A stretch of DNA of 61,859 nucleotides, filler included, from Rhabdomonas costata (lineage: Eukaryota): assembly GCA_019059605.1 (NCBI GenBank). It is 15 parts of 15 records of this genome, joined end to end, with 100 filler letters (N's around TTAATTAATTAA, not from the genome) between each part and the next. Parts side by side here need not be neighbours in the genome. Positions count along the whole stretch, not along the records: positions 45,472 to 49,489 come from JAHMHO010000405.1; positions 49,590 to 53,634 come from JAHMHO010000406.1; positions 53,735 to 57,752 come from JAHMHO010000407.1; positions 57,853 to 61,859 come from JAHMHO010000408.1; 11 more parts are not named here. One strand, given 5' to 3'. Both the position numbers and the translations under genes were made by a program. Below are positions 46,265 through 57,893 of this stretch, one piece after another. Position 1 is the stretch's first letter, and the number at the start of each line of letters is the position of its first letter. The notes under the pieces were generated by a model, which was given only the letters and a program-made list of their open reading frames with translations, did no database searches and was not told the origin of the DNA.

Positions 46265-48843
46265 TTACAGGTCGAGGGGCTTGTCATTGGCCCACTTGTA
46301 GAAGCCCTGGCCGTTCTTCCTCCCAAACTGGCCCAGCTTCACCTGTGCAAAAATGCGACGGAAACGTTTACAGTGCAATTTTGCGCTGCTAATAGCAACA
46401 TTTCTGAGAAAAATTGAGAATGGAGAAAGCTATAGAGAAGCCGGCAGAAACTTGGATGTGAGCTGTGGTGTGAGGTTAGCGTGAGTGGGAGTTGATTATT
46501 CAACTGTTTGTACTGGAGCACTGGGGTGGTACAAAAAATCCCAAGACGCTTGATGTCGAAAGGGGTGGGTTGGGGGGCACCTTCTCCTCCAGCGACTTGG
46601 GCATGATGAAGATCTTCTCCTGGGGGTACTTCTGGATCCAACCGGAGAGGATGGCGTGGCAGGTGTCCAGGCCCACAAAGTCAGCCAGCTGGTGGGGACC
46701 CTGGGGCATCCCTGTGGAGTAACGTCAAGTTGGCGTGCTGGCGTGCAAAAAGCTGGGCAGGTGCTTCCCAACATGGAAATGGGCGCGCAGTGTGGGGCTT
46801 TTACTGAGAAAAGGTCACAGCCTGGTGCAAGGGCATACCAGCGCCCAGACGCATGGCCTTGTCGATGTCCCGGAAGGTGGCATCACCACGGTCCGCCATC
46901 AGGCAGGCCTGAAGCACCCAAACAACCAGCACGAATTGAAATGGCAGAAAATGGGAGAAGACCAAACCCAGAAGCAACTAAAAACCACGTTGTTTGGACA
47001 AAGGAGTGAGGTGCGGGCTTCGCAGTGGGCGCACCTGGCTGAGGTAGGGGACCAGCAGCCGGTTGACAATGAACCCTGGGGTGTCCTGGCACTTCACACC
47101 TTTCTGAGAGCAAAGAAATTTAATACGAAAACTAAGAGAAGTAATATAACCCCATGAACCGCTCAACTTGAGGTTTTGGCGACCTAACATAAAATTGGAT
47201 CCGGGAGGTCGACCTTTGACCACGGAGACCCCGTTGGAGGTTCAAAAGCTCCAGTTTCGGTCGAAAATGGCTCATCGGCGTGTTTTTCACGAAGGGGGTG
47301 GGGGGGAAGAACAAAATTGACAGAAAAGGGCCGGGCCCATTTTTTTTCCGCGAATACCACCTAGCCTCGGTCGGAACCACATCTCTCGGGCACCCCAACA
47401 TCTACATGTCTTGAAACGTCTACCAATTACCGCAGACAAAACACCCCAGTTAAAAAGGTAAGACAGACGGCCACGCACAAACGGATCCGTTTTCCGTCCC
47501 TCTTACCTCTTTCCACAACCCTCTTTTTCTTACCTCTTCGTTTCATTTTCATTAAGGAATAAAGCTCATTGTTTTTCATCGGGGTCCTCCCTTGTCGTAA
47601 GGTTATTATATATTATTCACCATCAGCATCGTCGAAAGCTCCAAGTTTCAAGAGCTACTGTCTGACTCACCTTCATCATCATCTTGGCCAGCCTGGCGAA
47701 GGCGTTGAACGTGCGGTCCGTGGTCTGGGGGGTCTTGATGACCTCCACCAGGGGCAGCACCATGACGGGGTTGAAGAAGTGGACTCCAGCAAAGCGGTCA
47801 GGGCGGCGGGACATCTGGCCCTGTTGAGGCGCCACCCCCAAAACTTTAACTGGTGTCGTTCTGACTCACTCTGGGAAATGTGTCACGGCAATGCGTCACG
47901 ACCATTGGACAAAGGAAATTTGTTGAACAGCACGCTGCGTCACAACAGTTTAGGTTTAGAAGCACAGACAGAAAAATCACAGACAACACGGTCACAGGAG
48001 ACACTCGCTGCAAATCGTGCCGTCCGGAGTGAACCAACACGGCGAGAGGGTTGACCTTGAGAGCTTGGTGGGGGGGGACAAACTTTAAAGGAAATGAAAG
48101 CCAACAAAACAAGGCAGCAAGCTCTCACCAGCTCCGTGATGGAAAAGGAAGAGGTGTTGGTGCCCAAAATGGTCTCCTTGTCCAAGATCTTGTCCAGCTG
48201 GTCGTACAGGGAGCGCTTGATGTCCATGTTTTCCACAACGGACTCAATCACAATCTCGCAGTCCTTCACCGCGTTCAGGTCAGTGGTCATGGTAATGCGG
48301 GAGAGGCTGTCCTTCAGAGTCTTCTCGGCAGCGGCGGGCTTCATCTTGCCCTGGGAGGGGTGGGTTCAGTCGGGAAGAAATGAGGTGTTTTAAGGTCAGG
48401 GGCGTCTGCGAAGTGACCCACCCGAGCGCCACCTCCCCTCAATGAAAACCAAATGCATACCTTCTTCACCTGGAAGGCGAAGACCTGCTTGTACATGTTG
48501 GTCATGGACTTCATGGCTGTGGAAGAAAGAGGGTAGGGGGAGGGGGCAAAGGGAAATGACGTTGACGTTGACGTTGGTGTGTGTGTGTGTGCACACGGCC
48601 AACAGGAAGGATATTAAAAAGAAACACAGCTCAGGGACCGTTGTCAAGGTACTCCTGCTTGACATCCACCATCGTGACGTTGAACCCGTACATCGCAGCA
48701 GTCTGGGCAATGCCGTGACCCATCAGACCAGCTCCCAGCACGCCAACTTTGGTGAACCAGGCCACCGCGATGGGGGGCTGGGGCTTTGTGCTGTAGTGGC
48801 GGCGAGCAAGGGACGGCAGCGCATTCACGGGCCTGAACGCCAT
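46265..48843 (-). CDS. HADH: Mitochondrial short-chain 3-hydroxyacyl-CoA dehydrogenase, complete, 8 exons (48843-48639, 48516-48461, 48350-48129, 47820-47671, 47103-47035, 46908-46839, 46711-46581, 46342-46265)
   Basis: Transit-peptide-like [99 protein letters not shown]. All seven introns are GT-AG. Confidence 0.96.
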
Positions 48844-50033
48844 TTTGCCTAGTGTGATATACACTGCCAAACCTGAAGGAATGAGGTTCAAAAGTTTTTT
48901 TGTCAATTGTGGTTGCGTATAGTGGACAAGGTCTCTCCCTGGGCGAGTGAATTTTGTGGTCTGAATAACTCTGAAGGGGAACACTGAGGCGCTGGCTGTG
49001 GACAGTAAGGAAGTTCCAGACTAAACTAACCCCCCCCCCCCGAAGCGGGGACGCCCGGCACACGGCCCTGGTCGTCCCGCTAATGTGTAACCCTCGGGTT
49101 TTGCCCGCTTTGCAACTCGAACATCGAACAGGGAGTGGACAGGTCCCCACAGGAGTGGACAGGCACCCGGGGAGTCTAGTCGACGGGTTTGACCATGGAC
49201 AGAAGTCCGCCCGTGTGGAGCGGTCGCCGCTCGCCCGGAGGAAGAAAGACGACTGGCACCTTGCCCCTCAACGCCGGTGTGCGGTTTGGGCGGTCGCAGG
49301 GGCGACAGGATTGGCGGCCCATCTGCAACCTTTCTCGCTGTATCACTTTCGCGCGGGACCGACCTGTAAGTCTCAGATGTGGCCAAGGCGGTGGGTCGCC
49401 GTTGGGGTGCGCTGTTGACTCATAGTTTTGAGCTGTACCACTAACACACCACTACGCCTCCGCCTCCTCACGGCACTTTCGTTTTCCCCNNNNNNNNNNN
49501 NNNNNNNNNNNNNNNNNNNNNNNNNNNNNNNNNTTAATTAATTAANNNNNNNNNNNNNNNNNNNNNNNNNNNNNNNNNNNNNNNNNNNNTGTGTGTGGTT
49601 GCAGCACTGTGGAGAAGGCGTAGTTAGAGTGAGAACCAAGGACCCGGATCGCGCGAGGAGTTGGACCAGAAGTGGGACTACTGTAGCGCTGTGAAGGTCA
49701 TGTTCTATGCGATGTATGCATTGGACGAAGCAGAGTATGGACCGTTGTTGGAGGGACCGAGAATACTGAGGTTTATGACGGAAGATGAAGATCGAAGAGA
49801 GAGAAGTGCGCATTGTGTGGTGGGAGAAACCCAAGACAGGAGTCACTGGGGTTTCACCGGAGAGAAGCACGGAGGCCAGGCATGATCGTGTAGACCATGG
49901 CCGTAGAGTGTGTCAGAAGGAGAGGGGGAAGCACAAGAGTGAGGCCGTGAGGAGGGATTGGTCGTCAGAGAACCGTTGGTTCCCTTCCTCCCGCGCAGGG
50001 GAGAGTTTCACGGCCCAGATCACGTAAGTGAGA

Positions 50034-50034
50034 C

Positions 50035-50066
<32 letters not shown>
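50034..50066 (+). repeat. (GA)n microsatellite
   Basis: Directly visible GA run. Confidence 0.9.
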
Positions 50067-52854
50067 AAAGTCATGTGGGTGTGGCTAGAGAAGGATGGAG
50101 CAGTCAAGAAGATAATAAGAGTAGTAGTGTGTCATGAGAGAGAATGGAAGCGAAGGATACAAGCAAGGAAGAGTGCAGTGAGGGAAGGCGTGGATTCAAG
50201 AGCGGATGAGATCAAGAGAAGACAGCGGATGAGATCAAGAGGTGAGGGTAGTACAAAGCATTGCATGGAGCGATGTTGGAGAGGAGAGTTTTGTCTGAGT
50301 TTGTTTTCAGCAGGATTCGAAGGAGAACGACGACAGGCCAGCGAGACGAAAAAGACCATCAAGAACAAGGCCGCCGACAGTAAAGGAGATCAAGCAATCA
50401 GAGAGGAAGAGCGAGGAAGGAAAACCCGACCGACAAAAAAGAAGTGAGCGCCAGAGAGGTTGCCACGTTTTCGTATATTACGGAAGTGCAAGTGGGTATG
50501 TTGTGTTTCGGCGCGGGTTTTTGGGGATTTATTGTGGACGTTTGGGTTGGATTGTGGTTGTGCCGCCGCTCCCTTCGGAAAGCCAAAGAGGAAGGAGGTA
50601 AGAGGACAATTGGAGGTAGAGTAGCATTGGAATTGCTACTGGCACGTAGGCGGCCCATTTCACCCCAAGTCCACCCCCCTCCGAGTTTGGCAAAGCGAGG
50701 CGGTGAGGCAGAAGACCCCCACAACGACAAATTAGTCCCAGCAAGCGGCGGAGTCCGCAGGAAACGTGTGAAGCGTAAGGGCGCGGGCAAGCGAGGTTGT
50801 AAAGGGGAAGGTGGTTTAGTCCCCTTCCGAGTGTTTTTGGGTCGAAGCGAAGGCGGTCAAGTCCCCTTCAGGGTGAGGCAAGGTACGAGAAGCGAAGCGG
50901 GCAAGTCGGCCGGGGAGTTTGACGAATTAAGACGAGTTGCGGAGCGAAAGTGGTTACGTCCCCTTCAAGGGAGTTTGAGGCCAAGAGTCCACAGGTTTGG
51001 GCAGCTTGGGCAGCTGCGCGTAGTTGCGGCCAGGCGCTACCCGGACCACAGCGAAAGCGAGGCCAACACGGGGGAAAGAAAGTCTCTTGACTTAGGCTAG
51101 ATGACAGCGCTCACAAAGCGAAAGCTTTTTCGGGAGGGACCACGGAGGGGAGCGGATCGAGTGGGCTACGCGGGGAAGTCGCAAGGGCCACGTGATTGGT
51201 CCGAGCCCGCCGTGCTGTCTCACGGCCAATCGGGGTACCAGATGTCACCGTTGACATCATTCGCTAAATCCCTGTGTGCTGTTGTGCTCTGTCTTGCCTT
51301 CGGGTTGCTAGAAAAACGGAGGTTTCCGCAAGGAAACTAAGGAAGTACATTGGCTGCGTTTCCAAATATCTGGGAATTTCGTGGTCAGTTTCCTGCAGTT
51401 TACGAAGCGTTCTACTAACTGATTTAGCGTGGTTTGGCACAACAGACACGGGTACTGTTGCTCTTCCGGCTCCTGGGTCATATTCTCAGCTTATGGTATG
51501 ATTTTTGCGCTGCCCGCTGAAACGGGTCATGGACACAACACACACTCTGTACTAGCAGGTAATCTTTCCGCATTATATGCAAATCAAAGCTAACAAAGCC
51601 TTGCGTGTTGCCGGCGCTGCCTCATGCAGTCTTATACAAACCTGCCTCGTGCGAGACTTTCTCCAGTTAGACTCTGCTGCCACGCGTCAACTTAGCTTAT
51701 CTTAGCGAAAATCTGGGTGGGTGCGTTTTTCTTGCTGCAGCCTTTTCTGCCTTGGGGTGGGGGTTAGGGTACACAAGGTGCCAGAAGGAGGGAGTTATTC
51801 TATCCGTGGGCCTCCGCGTGTGTGTGTTCATCTGCTAGTGTTTCGTTTGGTGGTTTCTGAGCTTACGGGTCTATGAGCTTTGCTTGGCCAACCAGCTCCT
51901 TTTGTAAACCGAAAGAACATAAAAGAGCCTTCTCAGGACCAATGTGTGCACCTACTTGAGTACATGGCTCAGATTCGGGACGTAACCGAGGTCCTCAGAA
52001 TCCGACTTTAATTTTAATTGCCCTTGTCACCAACAACCAAGAGGGGACTAACACAACACAGCCTCCGAACTCAACGCCTCGTGCTTCTTGAAGTTGCACA
52101 CAAGAGTAGAACAAGCTACACGAAAATTACAGATGGTCGGCACACACCTCCCAACATCACTCGGCCCCGCCCACGCCCCTCCATCCGCCCACCGCGACCT
52201 GAACAACCGACTTCGAAAGTAGGGTCAGAAGACAACGATCGTGCAACTGGTGAAGCTCCGCGTCGGGGACCTGTTCCAGCAGCTACCAGCTGACCTCTAG
52301 TGAACGGACTTCTTCCCGCCGACCCAGTGCTCTGCAACTCACGGCTACAGCCCCTCCAAGAACACTATGAATGCTGCTCCCAAGTATGGGCCACACTTTG
52401 GCAGATTAGTTCGAAGTAACCGACTAAACGACAAGAGATCTCAGAGATATCAGCAACGGTCACTCCATTCCCATGAAGGCAGAGTGTCAGAAGTCAGATG
52501 GATCTGTGTCACGCGCAGCAGGTGTTGGTGTCAAAAAATTCGGCTTCAAGAGAAGGCACCCCCGTGCCCTCGTCAGCCGCGTCGTTGGTTTCCACCGATC
52601 CGACCGCAAGAACTTCAGGGCAACAATTTCAACTCACTTTGTGTCATGGTTCTAGCAGCACCTTCACAAACTCCTGAATGAACAAATATGGAACATGAAC
52701 ATACCCAAAAGACTGTCTCTTCTGTACCAAGGGAGACGCATGCAGCTCGGCTTTTTCCAGGTTGCAGGCCCGTTCCTCCTCTTCACCTCGTCCCCATTTC
52801 TGATGCTTGGGTTGGACCTTGGGTTCCCTACACTAGAAATCCTCCTTCTGATTT

Positions 52855-53454
52855 TCACGAAGCGTTTAAAGTGTTCAGCTTGTCAACCAAAGATGTAAAA
52901 AACACCTCGTAATTGATACTTCCCGTTCCATCAGCGTCAGCGACATTTATCATTTCCTCCACCTCGTCAGCGGTGAGCTTCTCGCCTAAATCATGAAGAA
53001 GCCGTCAAAGGAAACAGGTTCCCAATGAAGTCAGAACAGAAAGGAAATTAGCAGCCTCCAGAAAATATTACTTACACAACGGCCACTACCGCAAGTAGAC
53101 CCCGATTACAACTGCCAGAGGTTGGGGGTTGCTCTTTCGCAACGTGTGAATGTTGTTTCAAACAACATCAAACAAAAAGAACGCCTTCGGAACCTGAGTG
53201 GAATTTAGAATGCTGAGTGGAGCTGTGGGCTCAGAGAAGGGAATGCTCCCACACACAAACAGTAACTGTGAAGGTTTCGTTCACAAGTGAACAATTCGGA
53301 GAGCAACGGGATTCACCTGTAGCAGCAAGCACAGTTCTCAAAAATTCCTTCGTAATACGGCCGGTTCCCTCGGTATCAAGCTGCCGAAAGGCAGCGAGCA
53401 AGTCTTCTTCCGAGTCGACGTCGTGAGCGAATCGCCAGAGCAATGCTGAAAACT
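52855..53454 (-). CDS. Calmodulin-like EF-hand protein, C-terminal lobe (exons 53454-53317, 52985-52855)
   Basis: DSEEDLLAAFRQLDTEGTGRITKEFLRTVLAATG|EKLTADEVEEMINVADADGTGSINYE, joined by a GT-AG intron. Confidence 0.9.
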
Positions 53455-53932
53455 CTGAAAGTAATTCGAACAGCGTAGTTCACAATACAATGTCTTTCGA
53501 CTTTTCTTTCACGAGCAACCAGCACCAAAAAATTAAGCGGAAAGGGTGAGAAGGGTGAGAGGTGAATAAAGATCCCAAGTGAACGAACCTTTAAAGCCGA
53601 TTGTTCACTTGGGATCTTTATTCACCACCCCCCCNNNNNNNNNNNNNNNNNNNNNNNNNNNNNNNNNNNNNNNNNNNNTTAATTAATTAANNNNNNNNNN
53701 NNNNNNNNNNNNNNNNNNNNNNNNNNNNNNNNNNGTGTGGGTGTGTTTGGGGGTTGGTTGCTTCCGAGGGGGACGTAGGGGAGGGCAGGGTGAGGCAGTG
53801 AGTCGTAGCAGGGGGACAGAGAAGGGGGCGAGGCCCCAGAAAAGGGAGAGAGAGAAACGCGAGTCTTCCCCAGAAAAAGGTCGTATCGGTCAAGTGCATA
53901 AAGTGTGCGCGCGTGTCACTGTTTGCTCACGG

Positions 53933-55361
53933 ATGGCAAGTGCGACAGCTCTGGGAATGATGGGTGCTGTCCCGCTGACCGCGGCGGAGGAGGCCTTCCA
54001 CGCCGCCGCGCAGGCGGGCGACCCCTCCGAGGTCTCCCGTCTGCTCGACACCCACGTCGACGTGAACTGCCGTGACGGAGTGCAAAGCACAGCCTGGCGC
54101 TTGTGTACTTCCTTCCCCCTTTCCTCAGGGAATCTACGCGAATTCTTAATTTTGATTTTTGAATATATTGTTAACCAGGCAAGTGAGTCTCAAGTGGAAA
54201 AAAAACGACCGCTGTCTCACATAATCATACTTTCACCACTCTCACTTTCGACGCTGGCGTGCTGTTCATTCCCCAAGCTTAATCGCTCAGCTAGGGACCA
54301 CCCCAGCGCACAGCACCTAACGTCGTACGGTGCGTATGTTCTCTCCGCAAGCGACCCCAGTGCGCATGTTCCATGGTGGTTCCGGTCCCATGCTTTTGAA
54401 TCCATCTTTTGGTGGTGAATCCGGATTTCTCTTGGGAATTGATGACTCCCAGCGATACTTTTCCCGCAGTAGGTTTCTCTTGAAAGGATAATCATGTCAC
54501 AAATTCGAGCGGAGATGTTAATGAGGCCGGAGGGCACCAGAAACTTGCTGGGGGCTTGGGTGTACGAAGTTACTTGGTAAGGTGTCACGTTCTTATCTAA
54601 ACGAGGATCTCGGAGTGGGGCAGGGAGAGCGGGCGGGTGCAAGTACAGAGGCTGCCCCACAGCTTTGCATTGGGCGAGTCTGCGGGGGCACACCACCGTG
54701 GTGGCCGCCTTGCTGGCACGGGCGGTGCAGCCCAACCTGCCGGACGACTCTGGAGCAACCCCGCTGCAGGCCGCCGCCGCTGCGGGGCACCTTGGGGTGG
54801 TGGAGCTGCTCTTGGGCCACCCCCAGGTCGAGGTGAACGCCAGGGTACGTATCCAGGACGTGGCGCGCCATAATCGTCATCCTGGTCCGCCGTCGATGTT
54901 CTCTCAGTGGACTGCATTCAATTCGTACCTGCATTGCGCCCAAAGACTCCTCATTCTCTTCCTTGAGGTAGTAGTGGCCTTTAACGTGGTTTGCATCAGG
55001 CGGAAGGCAAGAGACAGACAGATCAAAGCAAATGGAACCTTGCAGTTCACCGAGCCTCACCAGGTGCATCGCACAAACAGCATGGGCTTGGGGTCTGAGC
55101 TGCCTGGTGGACGTACTGTGTGTATGAATGATGGGGTGGGGGGGCGATCGCTGGGCCTTGGTGCCGGGTTTGCAGGACTTGAACGGTGCCACGGCGCTGC
55201 ACGATGCCTGCTGGAACGGTCAACTTGCCGTGGTCCGCGCCCTCTGCCAGCAGAGAGAAATCGACCTCCAGGCAAAGGACCACAAGGGTCACACTGCCCT
55301 GGACTGGGCGGTCAAGTCTGGGAACAAGGACGTCGCAGCCTTTCTGCTATCGCTGCGTTGA
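53933..55361 (+). CDS. Small ankyrin-repeat protein, 3 exons (53933-~54086, ~54660-54844, 55176-55361)
   Basis: FHAAAQAGDPSEVSRLLDTHVDVN; TALHWASLRGHTTVVAALL; GATPLQAAAAAGHLGVVELLL; GATALHDACWNGQLAVV; GHTALDWAVKSGNKDVAAFLL. Intron 2 is GT-AG; intron 1 appears non-conventional. Confidence 0.9.
54087..54659 (+). other. Candidate euglenid-type non-conventional intron
   Basis: Non-GT-AG ends with CAG at +4..+6 and CTG at -8..-6. The ends pair: CAGCCT/AGGCTG and TGTACTT/AAGTACA. Confidence 0.6.
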
Positions 55362-55883
55362 GATCCGATCGAGATCTTACTCGGACGCCCCTGTGATTCT
55401 GTATTGCTGGTGTTGAATCAGACGACAACGTTGTCAGTTAAGCAGCTCGTATTTTTTTGTCGCTCCCTGCCCCTGCTGAACCAGATGCGTTTTGACCACT
55501 CAAACGCCTTCCCCTCTTTCAGGAATGATTGTGTTTCATTACAATCTGGTAGCTACGGATCACATGCTTCACTGCGCCAGAACTCAGCCTCTTGCTGGAA
55601 CGTTAGTGCACTCGGACAGATCTCCCACTACCGCACCTAAAATATATTCGCAACACTTTCCAGTCACTGATTTTGCTCGCCAGAAATGGCGCACAGCCCG
55701 AGTGGTAATTGCATCCGACTGCATCGCGAGCTTTGCAGAACGTGACGGTTTATCAGAAGTCGCCCACTACCCCTGGAGGCTCCTTCCTACCTAAGCTGGG
55801 AGCTGTGTGTCACTCATCCCAGAATTCTCTGTTGTCAAGAACTTTTTTCAGTTTTCTAGGTTTGGTTTCCAATTGAGAAGCAA

Positions 55884-57540
55884 ATGGCAGGGCCTCACCT
55901 GCTGCTGTTGGTTGCAGCAGCTTTGGCCATGGGGGCTTTTACGGTGCCGGCGGCCGCGCAGGGGCCGATCGTGCCGCCCTCGGCGGTGCCCTCGACGTAC
56001 CTCTCCGCGGTGGCTCCCCTGGTGCCCGACCTCACAATTGTGCCCTTCTCGGTGCAGGGCTTTGTGGAGATCGCGCTGAGCTTCGGCCGCCTCACCATAC
56101 AAGTGGCGGTGCGTCTGTTTGCGAGGGCGTGGGATTGAAACCGTGAGTGACGGACTAGTTGCCGTCATGGAGACCAGCTAACAGGCAATGCAAATGTTAC
56201 GACTCACTGTGGGTGCCTGCAACCCCCCCCCCCCCAAAGTCTCAGCGCAATTTGTGAGATGTATGGAAAGCATGGGTTGGGTTGCAAATCGATGTTGGGA
56301 AGCTGGGCCTTTGCCCATCCATAGTTGCCAAATATTGAGGGGAAAGGCCTATACTCAGCCTTCGTGGTTTCTTTTCCCCCCGGAAATAGCCATTTTGCGC
56401 GCCCCGCGAGTTTCTTCCTCTTCACCACCCCCTGGCTGTTTGTTTGATGTTTTTTGTTTGCTGTTTGTAATTCTGGGACTGTTCTCTGGACTGCGGTGAC
56501 CCAGTGCCTTCAAGAAACACATCGCAATCGATTACGAAACTTCAGGTGCAGCCCGTGCCGTCGCCCGTGACCGGGGTCGAGCTGCTGTGCCCCGCCAATG
56601 TCACCTCCAATCTCACGACAACTGTGACCCTGCCCTGCGCACCATCCGTCGCGACGTGCGCCCCCTGTGCTCGCTTCAACACCACCACCCTGGGCTCGTT
56701 CAACATCACCACGGCATCCACAGAACTGCGCACGGCCCTGGTCCAGGGTCAGGTCTCCCTGGTGGTGCTGGTGTCCGAAGTCCCGGCGCTGGCCGCAGTC
56801 CTTCCTGCGCTTAGCACTCCTCCGAGCTTTGTCTCGTACCATGGTACCCCCACCTCCTCCTCCGATAGACACGCACTCACTCGTGCTGTTAAAAGTGAAA
56901 GTGTGACAGCTCTTAGGTGGAGAAATTGCACGAAAAGTGTGTGTGTAGGGCGGTGATTTGACAGGAATCAGGGACGATTCCATGTCCTCTTGGAACAATT
57001 CTGCCCATATCCTGCTTGTGTTTCCTCAATCGCCACCCCTGTCGCGGTCAGGTGGCCTGGGTTTTTCTTGGAGTTCCTTGCAAGAGGAGAGGAATGTATG
57101 GGCAATTACTGGAAGCAAAAACACGCCAGTGGCGCTCGTTTTGACGATGACCTGCTGTCAGGTTTTCGGTCTGGCGGCCCTACATTATTCTAAAAGATCT
57201 TCGAGGTGCTTGAATCTCAAAAGTCGAGGTTGATGAGTTGGAGGGTGTTATTGGGATCTCCTGCAGACTCTCAGTCCGTGTTCACTGCGGCCTACATCAC
57301 GCTCGGCCCTTACGGGGCATTCAACCCCACCCTGTACTCCACGACGGTTTCGCTGCAGAGCGTGAGCCTCGTGGCGGTCCCCTTGTTGGGGGGCACCACG
57401 GTGGCGCCCTTTGGATCCCAGATGCTTCCCGTGACCCTCAGTGGGACCCTCACCACGGCCCAGGAGCTCGCCCTGGCGCAGTGGAACCTGGAGGTTTGCA
57501 CGGACTGGGGTTGCTCCGTGGTCAAGCCGTGGCAGGTATT
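55884..57540 (+). CDS. Secreted protein with CHRD-like repeats, partial, multi-exon
   Basis: Signal peptide MAGPHLLLLVAAALAMG; SPVTGVELLCPA...LRTALVQGQVSLVVLVSE; FTAAYITLGPYG...SGTLTTAQELALAQWNL (cf. CHRD TAAHIH.G..G...LT..Q..AL..G.L). Confidence 0.55.
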
Positions 57541-57893
57541 CGTGGTGCGAACCCCCGCACCCTTGATTTATGCCTGATCGGCTTCTGTGAGTGTTCTCAA
57601 CCTCGGTCGACGCCTTTCTTTTCTGTTCGTTTGCGCGTTCGCTCGGTATCTTCTTCGGGGTTGTGGCCCTTCTCCTCTGAACACACACACACACACAGAC
57701 ACACAAACCCCCCTTTCTCTTTTCTCTTTTCCCTTTTGCCTCCCCACCACACNNNNNNNNNNNNNNNNNNNNNNNNNNNNNNNNNNNNNNNNNNNNTTAA
57801 TTAATTAANNNNNNNNNNNNNNNNNNNNNNNNNNNNNNNNNNNNNNNNNNNNGGGGTGTGGTGTGTGGCAGTGGGTAGAGTTGGGAGGAGGAC

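Noticed and set aside
53561-53626. 24-bp inverted repeat
   Set aside because: Contig-terminal fold-back artefact.
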